Shown piece by piece: positions 9,380-17,109 of a stretch of 17,109 bases of DNA. The number at the start of each line of letters is the position of its first letter. The first letter of the stretch is position 1. The notes beneath the pieces were generated by a model that saw nothing but the letters and a program-made list of their open reading frames with translations, did not search any database and was not told the origin of the DNA. A program made the position numbers and the translations under genes. Origin of the DNA: Octopus sinensis (taxonomy: Eukaryota); NCBI RefSeq assembly GCF_006345805.1, contig NW_021825040.1:1-17109 (forward strand), given 5' to 3'.

Positions 9380-9609
9380 ATATACATGTATACTTATATA
9401 ATATATATACGTGTATATATATATACATACTTATATATATATACGTATATATACACATATATACGTATATATATACGCACACACATATATAGAAGTATAT
9501 ATATATATATACATATATACACACACACACATATATATATACACAAATATATATATATATGCATATATATACGTGCATTTATATATTCGTATATATATAT
9601 ATATATACG

Positions 9610-9657
<48 letters not shown>

Positions 9658-9687
9658 TATACTTATATATATATACACACATACATA

Positions 9688-9728
<41 letters not shown>

Positions 9729-9806
9729 CATATATATATACATACATATATATATATATGTATATACATACATATATATATACACGTCTATATATATATA
9801 TATACG

Positions 9807-9868
<62 letters not shown>

Positions 9869-9913
9869 GCATACATAATACACACACATACACATATATA
9901 CACACACGTATAC
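9380..9913. repeat. ~530-bp compound (TA)n/(CA)n microsatellite
   Basis: Alternating purine-pyrimidine tract; source of the eight IY-rich ORFs. Confidence 0.97.
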
Positions 9914-10934
9914 ATTCTTTTAATATCGGCCTTAACAACACTAACTTTGATTACCGAATCGAGAAAATGATATAATCTATTATTTCTACTTAACTAAGTA
10001 CAGACCATTCTTTAAATTAATCCATTTGACTCTAACTGCCGAAGGAAAATGTCGAGCTATCAAATAAAGTTAATTTAATATCACTGGAAGCAATGGCTAA
10101 TCTTAATTTTCTGACTTTTGCGAGCAATGTAAACCGATTGAAGATTACTCAGTATATTTATGGTACAAGTATATTATAAGCATCATGATATATTCACGGT
10201 AATAGGGTATGCGTATTGTAGCATATGCTAGTAACCACTGTCGTCTTAAAGTAGTTACCCCGGGCCTCGTGTGTCTACGAACCGAATTCTGATCTATGTA
10301 TGCAGCGGGTTGCTGTTAATAAATTTTATAGGGCCCTGTGCATTGATTTGCCTGGAGACCTACAATGGTGCCAAGATGGTTCTGTTAGTGACTCATAAAA
10401 ATTTGAAACAAATGAATTTTTAATGTTTCCCAAATACAACTTCAGTTCAGAAAACAATACGATGTTTACCAGACAAAAGCTAATGTTAATATCAAAATCA
10501 TGACTTAGCTTTACAAAGGAACACTATGAAGGGTGCCGTCGGATTACAGGAATGCTGGTGACCTATTAAACCAGTACGGTGTGGGCAGACTGGAGCTCTT
10601 CAGCTGACAGAGAACTTTTGTCCAAAGTTAGGTGTCTCCGTGTTACGATTCTTCCCCTATCCTTTCTTTTTGTGTTCCCAAGAGTTGCTCTGTGTGCATT
10701 CTGGAAGAAGGAGACAAACTGGCGGATAGTATGTCGTCAAGTCTCACAATAGTTGACCACCATTAGGTCACTGACGATGGACATCAGATTTCTTCAAATT
10801 AGTTGCAAATGACAAGCAACACTCCTTTCTGAAGGAAGAGAATAGTGTCACGCTGATGTACTCAGGTTACAAATGACGGAACGAGAGGCAGCGCAGGTCA
10901 CGTGTCTCATGCAAAGTGCAAGTTGCGGTGAGTA

Positions 10935-10979
10935 GACGACGACGACGACGACAACGACGATGATGATGATGATGATGAT
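10935..10979. repeat. (GAC)n(GAT)n microsatellite
   Basis: Visible run. Confidence 0.95.
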
Positions 10980-11208
10980 AGAAAATACGACAAATCAATA
11001 ACTTCTATTAATTTTTCAAATATAATGACTAAATTGTATAAATTTTCATTACGATCAATATAAAGAGCTCGGACTCGATTAATAATGAAATTATTATAAA
11101 TAGAAGAATTGTCAATAAATCGCGTAAAGAAAGAAAAAAGAAACTTGTAGCGTATTAATTCCCAAATACTCTACAAGAATTCTTTCATTATATCTCTTAT
11201 AGTAAAGT

Positions 11209-11439
11209 ACTGGGTTACTCGGTTTCCATGATGGATAAGTGACAGAGATTACAACATACCTACCCACTGAACCGGACACAAGTCCGTAGCAGAGCTACTC
11301 ATTTACAAGAAAGTCGACTGAAGGAACGTGAAATGAACTATTTAGCTTACGAACTCAATGCAACACTTGGTCCAGGAATCGCAACGATGATATTGAAATT
11401 GTGAGCGCAACACCCTAACCATAATGCTACGCTAGGCCT
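11209..11439 (-). mobile_element. Old, decayed tRNA-derived SINE of a third family, possibly with a V-like domain
   Basis: Minus strand TAGCATTATGGTTAGGGTGTTGCGCTCAC (A box), GTTGCGATTCC (decayed B box), then CTGCTACGGACTTGTGTCCGGTTCAGTGG, which resembles V-domain CTGCGATGGACTGGCRTCCCRTCCAGGG. Single copy in the window. Confidence 0.5.
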
Positions 11440-12028
11440 CGTATCTCTTATAAATCTGCATAAAATATAGTGATTTTTCAAAATAAAAGACATTAATCTG
11501 AAGAAAATATTTCGTTTTTGGATTTGGTTTGCAAGATTCTTTATATGAGTTCGTGTGTTGAAGCATATTCTATTGTGTCTGGGGAGAGTTATTTTCTTTT
11601 TGTGCCTTATAATATAACACACTTACCGGTAAAATTTCCACTTTTTTCTTATTTTTATTTTCCCATAATTTTCGTTGCGTCTACCTTTTGAATAGTTTTG
11701 ACTCTCAACTGAAGAAAATAATTACCCACTTCAAAGATGTCCTTTTCCCTTTCTGGGACATCGATTTCCGATACCAACATTCCGGCATAAGTTAAGGACT
11801 TTTCCTCAGACCTAAACTTCTTTACAATTTCATTTGTATTTCACTACTTTACTCGACGTTATGTATTCTCTTACTGTCCTGATTCATCCAGTAATACTTA
11901 AAGTCGTTGGAAGTTGAGGTGTCGGAAAGAACATTTCTATTTTCACTCTTTTTTTATGATTTCAAACACTGTTTCGGTCTAACCACAATGAAAACTGCAT
12001 GCTCATCGTTAATTCGTGTCAAACGACC

Positions 12029-12150
12029 GCTCTTCTCGGTCAATTCTTAAAAAAAACTCTATAACAATGCAACCATTCCACATTTCTCACGGCTCTTCTC
12101 GGTCGATTCTTTAAAAAATTCTATACCGACACAACCATTCCATTTTACAG
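12029..12150 (+). repeat. Diverged tandem duplication, period 63 bp
   Basis: GCTCTTCTCGGTCRATTCTT..CTATA..CAACCATTCCA begins at 12029 and 12092. Confidence 0.9.
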
Positions 12151-12666
12151 GAATACACACAGTCCCTTACGTAGGCGACTTTCTCATTTTCTTCTTTTTC
12201 AGGCAACTACTTCAGATATTGATGCACAATTACTGCAGCCCTACATCAAACACCTTGAAACCTGGTCCAATCTGACAGATTTTAACCAACATCAACAAAT
12301 GTACGAAACACATCTTGGGTAGGGGTGGAGGTGGGAAATAATCAAAATTACTAGCAACGCAAAGAGAACCAAGTGTTATATTGTTATGCTTAGAATAATA
12401 TACACCCCTGCCTACACACATGTATACACACAGAGGATACAAAAGTACGAAGGATTACACAAAACATATCCATAACTCTCACAGTACACATAGAAGAAAG
12501 TAAAGAAAACAAACCGATACGTAGATATATTTAAAGCTCGTACAGATATCTCATTCTCATCGATACACAAGCATTCACATACAGCACTTCTGTAACTGTT
12601 GAATTTTTTTCTACTTCCCGCTGAGTTGATTTTGCATTAGATCTGCTAAAGGCCGACATTAAAATA

Positions 12667-12940
12667 TACCTGGTATAATCAATAAGTAACCGGACTGTTG
12701 CAATAGTAACAAAGCTAATGTACGCAGACTAAAGTCGCTTGGCCTAAATTGACCTTAAACTCTGCTGTGCATGCGTACTAAGTTTTAACGTTCTAGCTCA
12801 CTTCCGCTGTTTGCAGCAGTTCTTGGAAGGAAAATGTGTAGCGTGTGATCGTCGCATTGACCATGACAGAGTTGAGCAGAAAGCCTGCGTCAAATTTTGT
12901 CAAAAGCTTGGCGATACCTACTCAGAGGCCTACGCAAAAT
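12667..12940 (+). mobile_element. Mariner (Tc1/mariner) 5' end: TIR-like start, 5' UTR, transposase N-terminus
   Basis: TA|TACCTGGTATAATCAATAAGTAACCGGACT is TIR-like; ATG at 12863; VEQKACVKFCQKLGDTYSEAYAK (cf. EQRxxIKFCxKLG). Confidence 0.8.
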
Positions 12941-13318
12941 TTTCAGAAATTTTTCATCGTTCTCGACACAATCGAGGAGATCTTGTGCAACTGAAACCCG
13001 AATGTCTTTTTGGTCAGATGAGAGCAGTTTTGGCGCAAACTTGGCAGACACGTGTCTCATACACAAATCTTCAGTAATAATGGACTGAACTGAACCGTAA
13101 CTAATCTGCATCACATTTGATAACACACGGATGGGGATTCGACGATTTCCCCTCACAGCTGCATGCACATCTCCGACGTTTTTCCTAGTTTTGCTGGTTA
13201 GAAGTCTCCTAGAACATACGTCAATATCGACATTTTTCGGTCATCTTGGAAACGTCTGAACCACTCGTGCGGCTCATACACTCCTCTCCATACACTTTCT
13301 ACAACTTTAGCCTCTGAG
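12941..13318 (-). pseudogene. Mariner transposase continuation (HTH plus linker), inverted
   Basis: KVYGEECMSR/EWFRRFQD..VHAAVRGNRRIPIRVLSNVMQISYGSVQSIITEDLCMRHVSAKFAPKLLSSDQKDIRVSVAQDLL..ENDEKFLK; FAPKLL is the WVPHEL-equivalent linker; stops before the DDD domain. Confidence 0.9.
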
Positions 13319-13371
13319 CGGGTATCATCATGACAACATGATGATACCTTCTTGACCCCTCTATGTGTAGT

Positions 13372-13590
13372 CCCACAAAGGGCTACACATAGAGGGGACA
13401 AACAAGGACAGACCAAGGGATGAAGTGGATTACATCGACCACAGTGAGTAACTGGTACTTAATTTATCGACCCCGAAAGGATGAAAGGCAAAGACGACCT
13501 CCGCGGAATTTGAACTCAGAACGTAATGGCAGACGAAATACGGCTACGCATTTCGCCCGGTGTGCTAACGCTTCTGCCAGCTCACCGCCT
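13372..13590 (-). mobile_element. SINE family B, tail type 1, 3' tip replaced by a fold-back
   Basis: Minus strand GGCGGTGAGCTGGCAGAAGCGTTAGCAC..GAGTTCAAATTCC..GTCCTTGTTTGTCCCCTCT. Confidence 0.92.
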
Positions 13591-13622
13591 AAATGACTAC
13601 ATATTATTACCAAAGTTTTTAA

Positions 13623-13866
13623 GGTGGCGAGCCAGCGGAATCGCTAGCACGTTGGACGAAATGCTTAATGGTATGTCGCCCGTCGTTACGTTCTGGGTAG
13701 TAAAGAAATAGGTATTTCATGTGCCGCTACGTTCTGAGTTCAAATTCCGCCGTGCCAGACTTTGCCTTTCATCTTTTCGTGGTCGATAAAATAAGTACGA
13801 GTTGAACACTGCGGTCGATATAATCGATTCCTCCCCCAAGCTGCACTTGTGGCAACAAATTTGAAA
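13623..13866 (+). mobile_element. SINE family B (tail type 2) with a 15-nt type-1 tail tip inside its head
   Basis: Head 13623-13695, GGTAGTAAAGAAATA at 13696-13710, body resumes at GGTATTTC 13711. Confidence 0.88.
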
Positions 13867-13881
13867 TAAATATTACAATTT

Positions 13882-14362
<481 letters not shown>

Positions 14363-14373
14363 TGTTTTCATCA

Positions 14374-14536
14374 GGCGGTGAGCGAGCAGATTCCTTGCCG
14401 CATTGACAACAATACTTAGCGGCATTTCTTCCAACCTCACATTCTGAGTTCAAATGTCGCTCAGATTATATCTGAGGTCGATATAATCGACTTGATCCCT
14501 CGTCCGAAATTGGTGGCCTTGTGCCAAAATTTAAAA
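14374..14536 (+). mobile_element. Decayed SINE family B with internal deletion
   Basis: GGCGGTGAGC..TTCTGAGTTCAAAT..GGTCGATATAATCGACT..GGCCTTGTGCCAAAATTT. Confidence 0.8.
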
Positions 14537-15404
14537 TTAATATTTTGTATCATTATTTTTTCGTTTTCGTTTGTCACTGACAAAACAGGATTGCTACCCT
14601 CACTGGAGAATCTCACTATCACCACCACAGTTTTATTCCACCCTTTCAATAATCGATAATGCCAATACAAATGTCTTCCGCTAGGGCAGTGATTATCAAA
14701 TGACAAATACTCACGCCCCCAGCAAAATATTAGCGATATTTTTTGCCTTCTTGCTTCATTTTATTAATGAGAAGACACCATTGAGCTGGCATCCCAACAT
14801 TTTTTCTTTCTTCGCCATGGTGTCGGAAAAGTTTAAAAAAGTTGAAAACCATCTTTATTTTTATTAAACATAGCAATTTGTTCGCTTCCCCCTTCTTCAA
14901 TCCTCACAGCCTATTGGAAACTTTGTGTAACAGGGAAGATATCCACTTTTCACTCCACCCCTCCACCCATTTTCCCATTCAGTTACTAAATATGTTATAA
15001 ATTTAATGAGTCATTAAAAATTAATTTACAACTAATAAAATTAACCACCAACCAATGAAGTACCTCTGCGTGGTCTCTCGATCTGTTAGAAATAGCAGTC
15101 AAAACCATTTTTAGAATTACATTCTGCCGCCTTAAAGACAGAAAGGATACACTGGATTAATGTTGACTTAGGAATACCTCTAGAAAGACGGAATATTCAT
15201 GTTTGAAACATCTTTAATCATAGGTTTGCTCAATAGGAGTTGACTGGAGGACAGAGGAGCTAAACATATACAATTTCTTCACAAGTTATCAAAGCTAAAC
15301 TGAGCCTAACTCACTGAATCGATAATTATTGACAATAACGGATTTCTGATATAAGCCAATGAGCGCGCCATTTGGGGGAGGATAAAGAAACAGCCGAATG
15401 TGTC

Positions 15405-15751
15405 TATTTCTTTACTACCCACTAGGGGCTAAACACAGAGGGGACAAACAAGGACAGACAAATGGATTAAGTCGATTACATCTACTCCAGTGCGTAACTG
15501 GTACTTAATTTTTCAACCCCGAAAGGAATGAAAGGCAAAGTCGACCTCGGCGGAATTTGAACTCAGAATGCAGCGGCGGACGAAATACCTATTTCTTTAC
15601 TACCCACAAGGGGCTAAACACAGAGAGGACAAACGAGGACAGACAAACGGATTAAGTCGATTATATCGACCCCAGTGCGTAACTGGTACTTATTTCATCG
15701 ACCCCAAAAGGATAAGAGGCAAAGTCGACCTCGGTGGAATTTGAACTCAGA
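15405..15751 (-). mobile_element. Head-to-tail dimer of headless SINE-B type-1 units (15405-15589, 15590-15751)
   Basis: TATTTCTTTACTACCCAC starts at 15405 and 15590 (period 185); the minus-strand junction is AAAGAAATA|GGTATTTCGTC. Confidence 0.92.
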
Positions 15752-15760
15752 GGTTGCTCG

Positions 15761-15859
15761 TTTATTCTTTTCTACTCTTGGTACAAGGCTCGAAATTTTT
15801 GGGGAGGTGGGTGCCCAGTCGATTAGATCGACCCCAGTTCGATACTGGTACTTAATTTA
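15761..15859 (-). mobile_element. SINE family B type-2 tail fragment
   Basis: Reverse complement aligns with 16724-16815. Confidence 0.8.
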
Positions 15860-15919
15860 AGGTGGTTCGTTTATTAATTCAACCGAATACTTTATTTTAT
15901 CCACTTTTTATTCTTATTT

Positions 15920-16319
15920 CTTTTATTCTTTTACTTGTTTCAGTCATTTCACTGCGGGCATGCTGGAGCACCGCCTTTTAGTCGAGCAAATCGACCCGGA
16001 GACTTATTCTTTGTAAGGTTAGTACTTATTATATCGGTCTCTTTGGCTGAACCATTAAGTTACAGGGACGTAAACGCACCAGCTTCGGTTGTCAAGCTAT
16101 CTTCAGGAGACAAACACAGACACAAAAACACACACACATATATATGTACATATATACAACGGACTTCTTTCAGTTTCCGTCTACCAAATCCACTCACAAG
16201 GCTTTGGTCAGCCCGAAGCTATAGTAGAAGACACTTGCCCAAGGTGCCACGCAGTGGGACTGAACAAGGAACCATGTTGTTGGTAAGCAAGCTACATACC
16301 ACACAGCCACTCCTGCGAC
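15920..16319 (-). mobile_element. SINE family A, full length
   Basis: Reverse complement of 4954-5374 and 13882-14362; TAAAAGAA-type tail repeats. Confidence 0.93.
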
Positions 16320-16326
16320 TAATTCT

Positions 16327-16483
16327 TTTTACCGACTCTGGAAGTATGAAAGATAAAGTTGACTGCAGCGGGATTTGAACTCAGAACGTAAAGCGCTGTA
16401 ACTAAATAACTGTTATAAGAAAGGCACAGGGTCTGAAATTTGAGTAAATGTCAGTCGATCAGACCGACTGCAGTATGTAACTA
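16327..16483 (-). mobile_element. Decayed SINE family B fragments (body 16327-16393, tail 16422-16483)
   Basis: GATTTGAACTCAGAACGTAAAG; AGGCACAGGGTCTGAAATTT..GTCGATCAGACCGAC. Confidence 0.65.
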
Positions 16484-16490
16484 GAACGGA

Positions 16491-16815
16491 GGCGGCGAGC
16501 TGGCAGAAACGTTAGCACGCCCGGCGAAATGCGTAGCCATATTTCGTCTACCGTTACGTTCTGGAGGTCGATGTAATCAACTTAATCCGATTGTCTGTCC
16601 TTGTTTGTCCCCTCTGTGTTTAGCCCCCTGTGGGTAGTAAAGAAATAGGTATTTCGTCTGTTTTTACATTCTGAGCTCAAATTCCGCCGAGGTCGACTTT
16701 GCCTTTCAACTTTTCGGGATCGATAAATTAAGTACCAGTTGCGGACTGGGGTTGATCTAATCGACTAGGCCCCTCCCACAAAATTTGGTGCCTTCGCCTA
16801 AAGTAGGAAAGAATA
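16491..16815 (+). mobile_element. Chimeric SINE family B: head, 84-nt type-1 tail, type-2 body and tail
   Basis: Head to 16563, tail 16564-16647 ending GGTAGTAAAGAAATA, body resumes at GGTATTTCGTC 16648. Confidence 0.9.
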
Positions 16816-16881
16816 TAATATTTAATTTTTAAGGCCGAAATATATTTTTAGGTGAGCAGAGGTATAAACGGTTAAAAAAAC

Positions 16882-16958
16882 CGGTACGCGACTGATACTT
16901 ACCTTATCAATACAGGATGAGGAAAACAAAGTCGCCGTTAGAGGGATTTTGGACTCAG
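16882..16958 (-). mobile_element. Highly decayed SINE family B fragment
   Basis: GTACGCGACTGATACTTA..CAAAGTCG..GGATTTTGGACTCAG parallels 15675-15750. Confidence 0.5.
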
Positions 16959-17109
16959 CTGTTGACATAAGAGGGCGTAAGTATATAACACAAATCATTT
17001 TATTGGACGCTCTACTGGTTCTGTCCATCTACAAATCTGCCTCCAAAACATTTTATTTCATGCTTAACGATTCTGATAATCCATCTACTCCAATCTCCTA
17101 TTATAATAG

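Noticed and set aside
9237-9975. Eight overlapping IY-rich ORFs
   Set aside because: Pure microsatellite translations
10237-10384. Possible decayed MITE (CACTGTCGTCTTAA ... CCAAGATGGTTCTG)
   Set aside because: Ends are only about half complementary and no TSD is visible
10520-10934. GC-richer segment as a host exon or LINE 3' UTR ending in (GAC/GAT)n
   Set aside because: No ORF of 60 aa or more, no recognisable peptide, no second copy in the window
11765-11928. Imperfect inverted repeat TTTCCGATACC / GGTGTCGGAAA
   Set aside because: Only ~11 bp with a mismatch and no TSD; may be chance
15070-15265. Segment recalling the 3' part of a Deu/Nin-type cephalopod SINE (TAGAAATAGCAG..)
   Set aside because: Resemblance from memory only; no head and no second copy here; needs a repeat-library search
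15935-16378. 147-aa ORF and similar ORFs at 4821, 8426, 8562, 16089
   Set aside because: Antisense read-through of SINE family A; the recurring peptides reflect the repeat, not a gene
16491-16563. SINE heads as true tRNA genes
   Set aside because: No complete cloverleaf or T-run terminator; they continue into SINE bodies

Overview
AT-rich, repeat-dense eukaryotic intergenic or intronic DNA with no intact host gene. The SINE families resemble octopus (coleoid cephalopod) repeats; this is recognised from memory, not by database search. Most ORF-track entries are microsatellite or SINE translations. Contents: (1) many copies of two tRNA-derived SINE families, called A and B here; (2) a 2.3-kb (TAA)n microsatellite holding five head-to-tail 5'-truncated retroposon 3' ends, two of which encode R4/Dong-type restriction-like endonuclease C-termini; (3) a decayed Penelope-like RT with nearby inverted repeats and hammerhead-like motifs; (4) a mariner fragment with an internal inversion. 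The most unusual signal is a recurring base-exact junction, GGTAGTAAAGAAATA|GGTATTTC, where a SINE-B tail lands at one fixed site inside the tRNA-like head of another SINE-B. This suggests a sequence-specific, self-targeting retroposon system.
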